In this document: piece after piece, positions 15,715-24,739 of the stretch
Position numbering within the stretch: position 1 is the stretch's first letter
How the letters are laid out: each line of letters begins with the position of its first letter
Source: a virus
Lineage: Duplodnaviria; Caudoviricetes
Length of the DNA stretch: 46,334 bases
Direction: 5' to 3' (one strand)
Virus record (IMG/VR): IMGVR_UViG_3300020045_000388
Coordinates: 1-46,334 of that record
Notes under the pieces: model-generated
The model's input: the letters and a program-made list of their open reading frames with translations, nothing else
What the model was told of the DNA's origin: nothing
Databases searched by the model: none
Made by a program: the position numbers and the translations under genes

Positions 15715-16361
15715 AAGTTGTTCCACAGAAAGTAGACCTTATTAACCACATGGGGAACGACCTGTCTGTTGTCAATGCAGCCCGTGTTAGTTTTGGTAAG
15801 GTTGTTACAGAGCTTACAGAGAAAGATGTTAGGCTCATAAACTATCTTGCTAAACACAACCATTGGACTCCGTTTGCTCACACATCAATCACCCTACGCA
15901 TTAAATGTCCCATCTTCGTCGCACGTCAATTAGGCAAACATCAAGTTGGTTTGGTATGGAATGAAGTCTCTCGTAGGTATGTAGATGAAGAGCCGGAATG
16001 GTTTCTTCCTACGAGCTGGCGCTCTAGTCCAGAAACTAACATCAAGCAAGGTAGTGGACAAGCACTCGTTGAATATGACAACACAAAAATACGGAGGATT
16101 GTTAGTGCTTGCTTAGAAACTTATCTGCACATGATTGACATAGGGGTGGCTCCTGAACAGGCTCGTATGCTCTTGCCTCAGAACATGATGACAAAGTTTA
16201 TCTGGACAGGTTCTCTTGCTGCTTTTGCGAGAGTTTGTAAGCTTCGTCTTGATCCACATACCCAGAAAGAAACACAAGATGTTGCGAAAGAGATCAGCAC
16301 AATTCTTGAATCCCTTTATCCCCACAGCTACAAAGCTCTTATGGGAGAAACAAATGATTAA
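15711..16361 (+). CDS. thyX: FAD-dependent thymidylate synthase
   Basis: VNAARVSF, HWTPFAH, ARQLGKH, NEVSRRY, EQARMLLP and TQKE motifs. Confidence 0.93.
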   Translation: MKVVPQKVDLINHMGNDLSVVNAARVSFGKVVTELTEKDVRLINYLAKHNHWTPFAHTSITLRIKCPIFVARQLGKHQVGLVWNEVSRRYVDEEPEWFLPTSWRSSPETNIKQGSGQALVEYDNTKIRRIVSACLETYLHMIDIGVAPEQARMLLPQNMMTKFIWTGSLAAFARVCKLRLDPHTQKETQDVAKEISTILESLYPHSYKALMGETND

Positions 16362-16626
16362 CGAAAAAGACATTAAAGACTACAAAGACAACGAGCATGT
16401 TCAGCCTGACCCGGTGAACCATCCAAAACATTACACATCACACCCTTCTGGCATTGAGGCCATTCAAATCACAGAGCACATGTCTTTCCTTATGGGCAAC
16501 GCTATGAAATATCTCTGGCGTGCTGATTTGAAGAATGGTTTAGAAGACCTTAAAAAAGCAGCATGGTACATCAACCGTGAAATAGAAAAACGAACAGAAG
16601 AAAACACAATCCATGACTTTAAATGA
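16354..16626 (+). CDS. DUF3310 / T7 gp1.7-like protein (putative nucleotide kinase)
   Basis: DPVNHPKHYT...GNAMKYLWRA..KNGLEDLKKAAWY. Confidence 0.82.
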   Translation: MINEKDIKDYKDNEHVQPDPVNHPKHYTSHPSGIEAIQITEHMSFLMGNAMKYLWRADLKNGLEDLKKAAWYINREIEKRTEENTIHDFK

Positions 16627-16927
16627 CTACCAACAACAGGCTATGGCCTTTCGTCTTCCTACGGCAGACTCTCTATATGCTCTGCTTAACCTTTGCAGTG
16701 AGGTGGGAGAGCTTCAAGGCCTCATTGCCAAAACTATTCGGGACGGCGTAGACGAAGAAAACTATCCAACCCTTCTGAAGAAAGAGCTAGGAGATATTCT
16801 GTGGTGTCTCTCTGCTGTCTGCTTAGACAATGGCTATCTCTTGGAAGACATTGCTAAAACTAACATTGCCAAACTTGCTAAACGTAAGGAAGCAGGGACC
16901 ATTGGTGGTATTGGTGACAACCGTTGA
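16613..16927 (+). CDS. MazG-like NTP pyrophosphohydrolase
   Basis: LCSEVGE, KELGDILW and NIAKLAKR motifs. Confidence 0.88.
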   Translation: MTLNDYQQQAMAFRLPTADSLYALLNLCSEVGELQGLIAKTIRDGVDEENYPTLLKKELGDILWCLSAVCLDNGYLLEDIAKTNIAKLAKRKEAGTIGGIGDNR

Positions 16928-16928
16928 C

Positions 16929-17075
16929 ATGGAAGAACTCAAACAACTAATCATCCACAACCTTGATATTGAAGAACTGATGGACATTCTCGGAATGGAC
17001 ATAGCAGACTTAGTAGAAAAGCTAGAGGATGAAATCAATGAGAATTTTGACGAGCTAATGAAGGCTGTACAATGA
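16929..17075 (+). CDS. Small acidic hypothetical protein
   Basis: MEELKQLII...FDELMKAVQ, with ATGA overlap. Confidence 0.65.
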   Translation: MEELKQLIIHNLDIEELMDILGMDIADLVEKLEDEINENFDELMKAVQ

Positions 17076-17245
17076 AAGACAACAACCATTCTCCCACAGA
17101 GTCTACAGAGAAGAAGCATTACAAAAAGAGCTACCTTGTTCGCCTCTTAGAGGAGAAGGAGGCTTCCCAAGAGATTGAGCGATGTATTGCCTACGATCAG
17201 GAGGATTTGAATTATGAAACCTACCCCAGCAGAAAACCTGATTAG
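17072..17245 (+). CDS. Small hypothetical protein (57 aa, not in the track)
   Basis: MKDNNHSP...YPSRKPD*, read manually and coupled to the previous gene. Confidence 0.55.
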   Translation: MKDNNHSPTESTEKKHYKKSYLVRLLEEKEASQEIERCIAYDQEDLNYETYPSRKPD

Positions 17246-17387
17246 CCCTTACATCTGTAAGAAACATCGACAATGGATGAAGAAGGGGGTTTGTATCATT
17301 TGTGAAAACGAACGAACACAAGCCCTATATAATTATAAACAAGAACGGGGAATTAAAGAAGTTCCCATTAAGGTTTTAAAGTTGTGA
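17214..17387 (+). CDS. Small protein with CxxH and CxxC motifs (57 aa, not in the track)
   Basis: AGGAGG RBS, then MKPTP...CKKH...CIIC. Its TGA overlaps the RNR GTG. Confidence 0.6.
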   Translation: MKPTPAENLISPYICKKHRQWMKKGVCIICENERTQALYNYKQERGIKEVPIKVLKL

Positions 17388-19060
17388 GTATTTTTAGAAA
17401 CGCATTCGCGGAGAACATTTTCAAACTGAAGTATGCCAAGTTTCCCGGAGAGACATGGGAACAGCGTGCTGCTGACATTGTAGAGGATGTGTGTGGAACA
17501 CAATGGGGTAAGAGTCAGGCCCTTATGTGTAAAGAAGACCGTGACCAGCTAGAGCAATATATCCGAGAGATGAAGATGATTCCGGGTGGTCGGTATATTT
17601 GGTATAGCGGACGCGGACATTCCTATTTCAATAACTGCTTTTTGCTACGAGCAGAAGAGGACACACGAGAGGAATGGGCTGCTGTCATGCAGCGCTCTGT
17701 AAGCTGTTTAATGACAGGAGGAGGCATTGGTATTGACTACAGCATTCTGCGTGCTAAGGGCAGCTCTCTGAGCCGTACAGGGGGCATTGCTAGTGGTCCT
17801 CTTCCTTTGATGCAGATGGTTAACGAAGCGGGGCGAGGTGTGATGCAAGGAGGCTCACGACGTTCTGCTATCTATGCCTCTCTCAATTGGAAACATGCAG
17901 ACATTCAGGACTTCCTCACCATTAAGAACTGGGACGAGCTTACACGACAACAGAAAGCCATTAATTTTAATTATGCTGCTCCGCTCGACATGACTAACAT
18001 TTCTGTTAATTATGACGATGCAAGTCTAGGAGGTTATACAAAAGACGTTAATGGCAACGTAATTGCAAGTGAACTTGCAACCAACCCCGTCTTCATGCAG
18101 AATGTCCGACAGGCAATGGAAACGGGTGAGCCCGGTTTCTCTTTCAACTTTGGAGACAAACAGAATGAAACCCTACGTAACGCTTGTACAGAAGTTACAA
18201 GCGAGGATGATTCAGATGTATGCAACCTTGGTTCTATTAACCTTGGTAACATCACTTCTCTTGAGGAATTCAAATCGGTGGTATCACTGGCATCTAAATT
18301 CCTTGTCTGTGGAACCCTTCGCGCCGACCTTCCATATGAAAAAGTCTATAAAGTTAGGGAAAAGAACCGTAGGCTTGGTTTGGGACTTATGGGCATTCAC
18401 GAGTGGCTCCTCAAGCGAGGACACAACTACGAAGTCGTCCCAGAACTCCACGAATGGTTGAAGGTCTATCAACAGGAAAGTGAAAGGGCAGCAAATGAAC
18501 ATTGCGACAGGTTCTATATTTCTCGACCCGTGGCTTACCGAGCAATTGCACCAACAGGAAGTATTGGAATTTTGGCGTCTACTTCAACAGGTGTTGAGCC
18601 GCTTTTTGCAGTTGCCTACAAGCGACGTTTCTTATCTGAAGGAACTAAATGGAAGTATCAATATGTTGTTGATGGAACAGCTGCAACTCTCATTAAAGAC
18701 TTTGGAGTCGATCCCAGTAAAATAGAAAGTGCTATTGACCTAAGCGAGAATTATGAACAACGAATTAAATTCCAAGCGGACATACAAGATTACGTTGACA
18801 TGTCCATCTCATCCACTATTAACCTACCTAGTTGGGGAACAGCGGGAAACTCTCCTGCCACTGTTTCTAAATTCACTAAAACTCTCGCTAAATACGCCCC
18901 ACGGCTACGTGGCTTTACCTGTTACCCAGATGGAAGTCGAGGAGGTCAACCCCTAACCTCTGTGCCATATGAGGAAGCTCTTAAGCACAAGGATGTTGTC
19001 TACGAAGAAGCTCTAGACATTTGTGACATCAGTGGTAAAGGAGGTAGCTGTGGTGTTTAA
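17384..19060 (+). CDS. nrdJ: Ribonucleotide reductase, probably class II (adenosylcobalamin-dependent)
   Basis: NNCFL, GGSRRSA, NACTE, CNLGSINL, RRLGLG, APTGS and C-terminal Cys pair. No small (R2) subunit gene is in the window. Confidence 0.85.
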   Translation: MSIFRNAFAENIFKLKYAKFPGETWEQRAADIVEDVCGTQWGKSQALMCKEDRDQLEQYIREMKMIPGGRYIWYSGRGHSYFNNCFLLRAEEDTREEWAAVMQRSVSCLMTGGGIGIDYSILRAKGSSLSRTGGIASGPLPLMQMVNEAGRGVMQGGSRRSAIYASLNWKHADIQDFLTIKNWDELTRQQKAINFNYAAPLDMTNISVNYDDASLGGYTKDVNGNVIASELATNPVFMQNVRQAMETGEPGFSFNFGDKQNETLRNACTEVTSEDDSDVCNLGSINLGNITSLEEFKSVVSLASKFLVCGTLRADLPYEKVYKVREKNRRLGLGLMGIHEWLLKRGHNYEVVPELHEWLKVYQQESERAANEHCDRFYISRPVAYRAIAPTGSIGILASTSTGVEPLFAVAYKRRFLSEGTKWKYQYVVDGTAATLIKDFGVDPSKIESAIDLSENYEQRIKFQADIQDYVDMSISSTINLPSWGTAGNSPATVSKFTKTLAKYAPRLRGFTCYPDGSRGGQPLTSVPYEEALKHKDVVYEEALDICDISGKGGSCGV

Positions 19061-19071
19061 TAAAGGAAACT

Positions 19072-19230
19072 ATGTTTAGTCTTGTTCTTGATTTTCTAAC
19101 CGGTATGGCCGTTGGCATCGAATGGATGGGTTTTGATCCAGACGATGAAGAAGGGGTTGCATGGGCACTTGTGTTCCATCTGTTAATCCTTCGTGTTTCG
19201 TTTGTTAAATATGTAGACGAAGAAGCCTAA
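19072..19230 (+). CDS. Small hydrophobic protein (52 aa, not in the track)
   Basis: AAAGGA RBS, then MFSLVLDFLTG...VDEEA*. Confidence 0.6.
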   Translation: MFSLVLDFLTGMAVGIEWMGFDPDDEEGVAWALVFHLLILRVSFVKYVDEEA

Positions 19231-19242
19231 TAAATTATAGGC

Positions 19243-19286
19243 AAAAGAAAGCCGCTAGTCCTGTGAAGGATATAGCGGCTTTTTTG
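19243..19286. terminator. Bidirectional rho-independent terminator between the two arms
   Basis: A-run, AGCCGCTA...TAGCGGCT stem and T-run at the point where the arms converge. Confidence 0.85.
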
Positions 19287-19290
19287 CGTC

Positions 19291-19707
19291 TTAGTTTTCT
19301 AAGAACTGTGCTTTCTCTGTCATACGTCTTCCAATGATTTCCTTGGGAATCCTCCACCTGTCAAACTCAGCAGCAGCTTTGTCAAACATTCGTAGGTTGA
19401 TAAAGCGCAGCATTGTAGAACGACGGAAGGCATTAACCCCCACATTGAAGATGAAAGAAGCAAGAGCGTCATATTGCTTTTGTGTTAGAGGAACCAACAC
19501 ATATTTGTCTAACGCTTGCTCCACTTCGTCTAGGTCGTCCTTAAGAGCGGCTGCAACTTGGCCATCTGTCCACGCAAGAAACTCATGAACCTCAGGGCCT
19601 GTATGCCCAACACCAATTGTCCAAATGCCTTTAGTGTCTTTGTAGGCCTTGTTCCTCTTACCCTCTCTGGCTGTTAGACGGGCAATGCCATCATCAGAAA
19701 CCTTCAT
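19291..19707 (-). CDS. Endolysin (GH24 phage lysozyme)
   Basis: E-x8-D-x5-T triad (EGKRNKAYKDTKGIWT), QYDALASFIFNVG and RRMTE. Confidence 0.92.
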   Translation of the reverse strand: MKVSDDGIARLTAREGKRNKAYKDTKGIWTIGVGHTGPEVHEFLAWTDGQVAAALKDDLDEVEQALDKYVLVPLTQKQYDALASFIFNVGVNAFRRSTMLRFINLRMFDKAAAEFDRWRIPKEIIGRRMTEKAQFLEN

Positions 19708-22700
19708 TGATTAAACTCCGTAGAAATAAGTTTTTGCATACGAGCAGCATTCAGGATTTCTTGTGGACTTCCTTCCTTCTTCAAGATGCGCTCTGACTTG
19801 GTTGTAAACTCCTTCACTACCTCTGCTTCAGCCTGTGCATCAGAAATCTCCTTACCAGTAAGTTGGTTGTATAGGGTGCTACGTGCATTTGCAGTTTTAA
19901 GGTCTCCTCTGCGTACAGCGTCATAGTATTGTCCCACTAAGGCTCCACTCTTCTGTTTGAGAACTTGATCAGCATGTTCTGTAGCATAAGCCACTTCAGA
20001 TTCCACCACTTCCTTCTGACTACGCAATCCCCATCGTCTAGCCGCAATTTCCTCTGGAGTACGGGCATATTTACCCTCTCTCGCAGCAAGGTCAGTAGTT
20101 TTCATAAACACTTTCTTGCCGTCAGGGCGTTCAATAAACGTATGGTCTTTCATGAACGGGGCCGTCTCAAGAAGGCCCTGGAGACCTGTGGGAATACTCT
20201 TCATACCAGACTGAGCCCATTTCTGGGTGTTGGTGGGATCAAGTACAGCAGACCCCAAGGCTCCTACTTGTTTAGCAATATCTACAGCAGGTCCTACAGG
20301 GCTTTGAGCCATAGCCCCCATACCAGGAGCAGCTACACGAGAAGTAAGACCAAGGCCGGTGTTTTCAGACAAAGCACCATACACGGCGCTCTTCCCTAGG
20401 GTTTCCATCATCCACAACTTGGGATCAGACAATAGAGGACTCTTCTGCATTTCAGCCCACATTCCTGTAGGAGCAAGGTTGTCCTTTAGGAACATGAAAA
20501 GCTTGTAGGTGTCGTCCATATAAGGAAGTCCCATAGCACCTGCAACAGCTCCTTGTAGGGCCAGAGAGACTATTAAAGGAGCAGGATTCTTGTTCTTAAA
20601 TGCCTCATGGCCCATGTAAGCATACTGATTGTAGAAGCTCATGGGATAGGTTTGCAAAGTGTTCAGGAAATTACCAGCACCTCCAAGTTTACTAAACACC
20701 ATAGGACGTTCGGTTTCTCGGTAGTCCACCATACTCTTGTTAACATACTCCTCAGCTTTCTGGAACATTTTATTGTGGTCAGAAAACTTACCCGAATCTT
20801 TCAACATTTGAGCATAGGTCATGAAGGCCATACTACGCACCATCACCTCAGGAGCAGTCATGGTTTTACCAAGAAGCTCCCCCACTCGTGCCACTCCACC
20901 AAAACTACCTGCAAGCGGCCCCTCATCATAAATAGAACGTGAAGTTACCCCATTGTTTTCTGCATACTGAAAAGCCTCTTTGAAGAATCTGTTAGGTAAT
21001 AGAGAAGTGTATTCTCCCCCTAAAGCTTTAATGTAATGAGAGGCAGTCATGGCGATGCCCGTAGGAACCCCAACAGCCAAAGCTATAGCTGGGTTGCCTT
21101 TGAATCCCTTAGTGTGTAAGTCTGCAAGATAAGGCAAAACATTACTAGTTTGAATCATGTTAGCCATTGAGTAGCCAGCAGACGCCCCTAGTTTCTGTAG
21201 AATGAATAAGCTTTTAATACTACCAACAGCTTCATTGACTACCTTTGGAGAAACTCCTAAACCCTCACGGAACGAGTCTTCCAACTGCCGCATGGCTTTA
21301 GACTCACCATGGCCAATGGCATTCTTGAAATATTCCCTAATGTATTTAACATTGTTAGGCTGTTGGCCTTGTAACCTCTCATCTGAAATGATGCCTTTGA
21401 GGGAGTCAGCAGCTTTTTGCATCTCTGACCAGCGATAGGCATTCTTAGCATATTGGATTTGTTCTTGGAACATTGCCAAGGCCTCTTTTGGGCCTTCAAA
21501 TCCAGGACGCTCTCCAACAAAGCCCTTGATTCCGGCCTTATGTTCAAAATGCTTAGACTGTGCTAGGACAGCTTCTGCCTCAGTAGTGGATTGCTCTTCA
21601 ATAGCCTTACGAATCTTTTCCACCGCAGGATCGTTCCTTCCAAGCAAGTCCAACATAGTTGTGTACATGCTCTGGAGATCGGTCTTACCCGTAGCAGAAG
21701 AGACTACATGATCTTTCTTAGGGTCCACCACCAAGGCTGGGAACTTCTTAAGCAGGGCTTTTGTTTGCTGTTCCAAACCAAGTTTAGAATTGGCAGCAAG
21801 ATACCAAACAAGGTTTCCCTTAGCATCATGTATAGGACGACGGAAGTCTCCCCTCCAACGTGAAGCCATATAAGCCTCATTGGGAGAAATAGGTTCCTGA
21901 TTCTTAGCAGCCCTCGCAGCATTCTGAGCAGCCAACGTATCGTCAAACATGTTACGCATATTCACATAGGCGTCCAACTGTTTCACTGTGAGCATAGACT
22001 CCAGCAAATCAGAATCAAACCTACGGCCCTGTCTAGCCTCGTCCATCATAATGTCAGAGAGAGTTTTGAGGTCGGCCTTAGGCAGGACACGCAGGGCATG
22101 TTCAGCTGGGAATACAAACTGACGAATGGCCTGTTCACTACTCTTAATACCATTTTGAATGATTTCAGAAGCAGCTTTAATGGCAGCAGAACCTGTCTTC
22201 ATAGCGGCAGAGGTTGCTCCGCTTTGCATGTAGGTCCACAGCTTCCCATCCCGTCCCTCAGACAAGGCTTTTTCTACCACATCGGCAGCTACAGGATTGG
22301 GAGGAATGCGAGTAACCTCTTCTCTAGAAGACATGTTGTCTAGTTGTGCTTCTTCTTGCTTACCAAAATAAACACCGCCGCCTTGTTTACGGGTACGGGT
22401 GTTGAAAGGAACAGGCTTTTGCTTATTGGTTAGAGCTGTCTCAACATTCTCACGAACTTTAGCAACCTTTTCTTGTGCCTTCTCAAGAGCTTTAATTTCT
22501 GTAACAAGAGCTGTTGCACGAGTAGTACCAGCAGCAACTTGCTCCTTCAAATCAGAAACAAACTTCTCTTGTTTAGCAAGCTCCTTCTCTGCCTTCTTAA
22601 CAAAGGGATGCTCTTCTAGCTGACGTGCAACCTGCTCTTTAAAGTTCTGTGTGTCAAAGCCTTCTTGACGAGAGCCGATATCAAACAAACCTTTCTGACT

Positions 22701-23786
22701 TTCATCTACCTGACGAAGATATTGATCGTAAGCCACATCAACCTGCTCATCCTTAGGCATTCTAAACCCCGTTCCCTTGCTAGGCATATCTGGAGTTTCG
22801 GGTTCTGCTAAGTTCTTTAAAACTTCTAAAAACTCAGGCTTAGTTAGAGCCCGTTCAGCACTTTTAGCACTTCCGGGTGGATTTACCTCCACAGGCTCTC
22901 CCTTAATGTTCTTAAAAGGAGTTTCTGTTATAGGAGCATTTTCTTCGGGAACACGAAGGTCAGTGTAGGCCCTGTGCATGTTAGTTTCTGGAGCAAACAG
23001 ATCAGCTTGGATTTCTCCTCTTCCCTGTTCAACAGGAGGCTTAGGAGCCTCAGCAACAGGCTTAGCCGCTTCTCTTGCCATCTGTGCTTCTTGTAGAGCC
23101 TTCACCGTGGGGTTGTCAGAAGTTTTCGGACCCTTGCTGCCCATAGCAGCTCCCATACCACCACCAATCAAACCAGCAACAGCTGCATCAGAGAGGGTGG
23201 GCTCAAAAGCAGCCTTGCCCTTTTCAGTGTCAGCCATAGCCTGAATAGCTAATTTAGTGGTATACTCTTGTCCAGCACCAGCGGCGGCACCTGTGAGGCC
23301 ACGCACAGCCATAGAGCCCTGTTTCCAGCCCGGAATAGCAATCCCTACAATGTTACCTAAGGCATCCACACCACCGGCTTTGAGAGCTTGTTCAGTAGTT
23401 TCCCCTGACTGCAGCATTGTATCTACCGTAGTCGCTGGACTGAGGCCAGCACCGACAACCTGCATAGGCAGGGTTGCAAGAGCACCTGCAAGCTTCTGTC
23501 CTGTGGAGAATTCTGCTCCCTCTGGGTTGGACCATTGTTGGCGCTGTTTATTACGTTTGGCCAGTTCATCAGCAATTCTAATGGCTTCCTTGTCATCTCC
23601 AAACAAAGCAGCTCCGCTACCAGCTAGGGTAGACAAAGCTGTATCAGCCATGCTACCTACACCAGCAAAGGCAGATTTAAGAGCACCGCTGTAAGTCCCT
23701 TCAGGAGCTTTAGAGGGTTCCCCAAATAGCCCTAACGGATCAGCATTCGTTTCTTCTTCTCCAAAAAGGCCTAGGGGATCATTCAT
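19704..23786 (-). CDS. Large internal virion / DNA ejection protein
   Basis: 1360-aa helical, Ala/Gly-rich ORF with a repeated DPLGLFGE N-terminus, last in the structural operon. Confidence 0.7.
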   Translation of the reverse strand: MNDPLGLFGEEETNADPLGLFGEPSKAPEGTYSGALKSAFAGVGSMADTALSTLAGSGAALFGDDKEAIRIADELAKRNKQRQQWSNPEGAEFSTGQKLAGALATLPMQVVGAGLSPATTVDTMLQSGETTEQALKAGGVDALGNIVGIAIPGWKQGSMAVRGLTGAAAGAGQEYTTKLAIQAMADTEKGKAAFEPTLSDAAVAGLIGGGMGAAMGSKGPKTSDNPTVKALQEAQMAREAAKPVAEAPKPPVEQGRGEIQADLFAPETNMHRAYTDLRVPEENAPITETPFKNIKGEPVEVNPPGSAKSAERALTKPEFLEVLKNLAEPETPDMPSKGTGFRMPKDEQVDVAYDQYLRQVDESQKGLFDIGSRQEGFDTQNFKEQVARQLEEHPFVKKAEKELAKQEKFVSDLKEQVAAGTTRATALVTEIKALEKAQEKVAKVRENVETALTNKQKPVPFNTRTRKQGGGVYFGKQEEAQLDNMSSREEVTRIPPNPVAADVVEKALSEGRDGKLWTYMQSGATSAAMKTGSAAIKAASEIIQNGIKSSEQAIRQFVFPAEHALRVLPKADLKTLSDIMMDEARQGRRFDSDLLESMLTVKQLDAYVNMRNMFDDTLAAQNAARAAKNQEPISPNEAYMASRWRGDFRRPIHDAKGNLVWYLAANSKLGLEQQTKALLKKFPALVVDPKKDHVVSSATGKTDLQSMYTTMLDLLGRNDPAVEKIRKAIEEQSTTEAEAVLAQSKHFEHKAGIKGFVGERPGFEGPKEALAMFQEQIQYAKNAYRWSEMQKAADSLKGIISDERLQGQQPNNVKYIREYFKNAIGHGESKAMRQLEDSFREGLGVSPKVVNEAVGSIKSLFILQKLGASAGYSMANMIQTSNVLPYLADLHTKGFKGNPAIALAVGVPTGIAMTASHYIKALGGEYTSLLPNRFFKEAFQYAENNGVTSRSIYDEGPLAGSFGGVARVGELLGKTMTAPEVMVRSMAFMTYAQMLKDSGKFSDHNKMFQKAEEYVNKSMVDYRETERPMVFSKLGGAGNFLNTLQTYPMSFYNQYAYMGHEAFKNKNPAPLIVSLALQGAVAGAMGLPYMDDTYKLFMFLKDNLAPTGMWAEMQKSPLLSDPKLWMMETLGKSAVYGALSENTGLGLTSRVAAPGMGAMAQSPVGPAVDIAKQVGALGSAVLDPTNTQKWAQSGMKSIPTGLQGLLETAPFMKDHTFIERPDGKKVFMKTTDLAAREGKYARTPEEIAARRWGLRSQKEVVESEVAYATEHADQVLKQKSGALVGQYYDAVRRGDLKTANARSTLYNQLTGKEISDAQAEAEVVKEFTTKSERILKKEGSPQEILNAARMQKLISTEFNQ

Positions 23787-24730
23787 TGTAAATCAACTCC
23801 AAATTTCTGTTTATATGCTTGCTTAATTTTATCAGCAGGAACACCTGGATACATCTTAGAAACTTCAGCAAGTGAGTGGGAAGGTTTAGCAGCAGGGGTG
23901 GTACTAGAGCCCAAAGCAGGAGGAAGATTCCTAGTTGGGAGACCTGTCTGTGCACCAAGATTTAGTTTACCCTCAGCCTGTGCATTTTTAAGTTGCATAG
24001 CCAGTTGTTCATACTGCCTTGCCATGGTAGAGAGACGTTCTACTTCCTTAGGATCAGGCTCAAACATAGCAGCACCATGTAAGGCTACAGCTGCTTTCTC
24101 TGCTGTCATTTTACCACTTCTTACTAACTCTTCAATAGAGGCAGTGCCTTTAGTTTTTGCAGCGGCCATGTTAGCGCGAGAATCTGTTCCATACCTAGAA
24201 GCAGCAGCACTAGAATCAGCTGAATATTTAGAAGCACGGCTTTGTTCTTTCTGACGGTCCATAGCAGCATCTGCAAGAGCCTTGGCTGCACGAGCAGCGC
24301 TGGAAAAATCTAGGATTTTACGAGCCTCTTGCATACGCTGTGGGTCACCACTTCGGATTTCTCCTTCAGCCCATTTATCAGCCATGTCGAGGTCTTGTTG
24401 TGTAGCTTTTAAGGCAAACTCACGCATCTTGTCATCTAGTTGTAAAGGCTCTGTGGCAGCGGAGATACGAGAAGTCACACCCGACAGTGTGTTAGCATGT
24501 TCTTGATTAACATTCCCTAAACGTCGTTGTTCAATTAGCTGTGGGTTTTGTTCAGCATCAAAAAGATTCTTAAGAGTTCCCTCTTGTGTTTTATTTTGAG
24601 CTTGCTGTACTTCTTGTTGTGCATATTGGCGAGCAAGGTCTTGGTTAGCAGCAGCTTGGGAATACACTGAAGGATCACCATAACCATAAGTAGCTTGCAA
24701 GTCAGCAAGTGTTGGAAGATTCATTGGCAT
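23783..24730 (-). CDS. Internal virion / ejection protein
   Basis: Gln/Ala-rich coiled-coil ORF at the expected position. Confidence 0.65.
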   Translation of the reverse strand: MPMNLPTLADLQATYGYGDPSVYSQAAANQDLARQYAQQEVQQAQNKTQEGTLKNLFDAEQNPQLIEQRRLGNVNQEHANTLSGVTSRISAATEPLQLDDKMREFALKATQQDLDMADKWAEGEIRSGDPQRMQEARKILDFSSAARAAKALADAAMDRQKEQSRASKYSADSSAAASRYGTDSRANMAAAKTKGTASIEELVRSGKMTAEKAAVALHGAAMFEPDPKEVERLSTMARQYEQLAMQLKNAQAEGKLNLGAQTGLPTRNLPPALGSSTTPAAKPSHSLAEVSKMYPGVPADKIKQAYKQKFGVDLQ

Positions 24731-24739
24731 TGTTTTTCC

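Larger units (their letters stand above)
1393..18471 (+). repeat. Dispersed strand-specific motif GGTCTATCA, 9 exact copies
   Basis: Copies start at 1393, 2207, 2947, 3714, 5986, 6640, 8031, 12814 and 18463, usually followed by RCAG. One-mismatch copies (GGACTATCAAC) are at 673 and 5029. Confidence 0.85.

Noticed and set aside
1393-18471. GGTCTATCA copies as a CRISPR array or phage RNAP promoters
   Set aside because: The copies are short, irregularly spaced and mostly mid-gene. No RNAP gene is in the window, though one could lie outside it.
874-19060. 2-aminoadenine (Z) or 7-deazaguanine DNA modification pathway suggested by MazG plus ligases
   Set aside because: No PurZ/PurA-like, DatZ-like, QueC/D/E, FolE or DpdA-like ORF is recognisable in the window.
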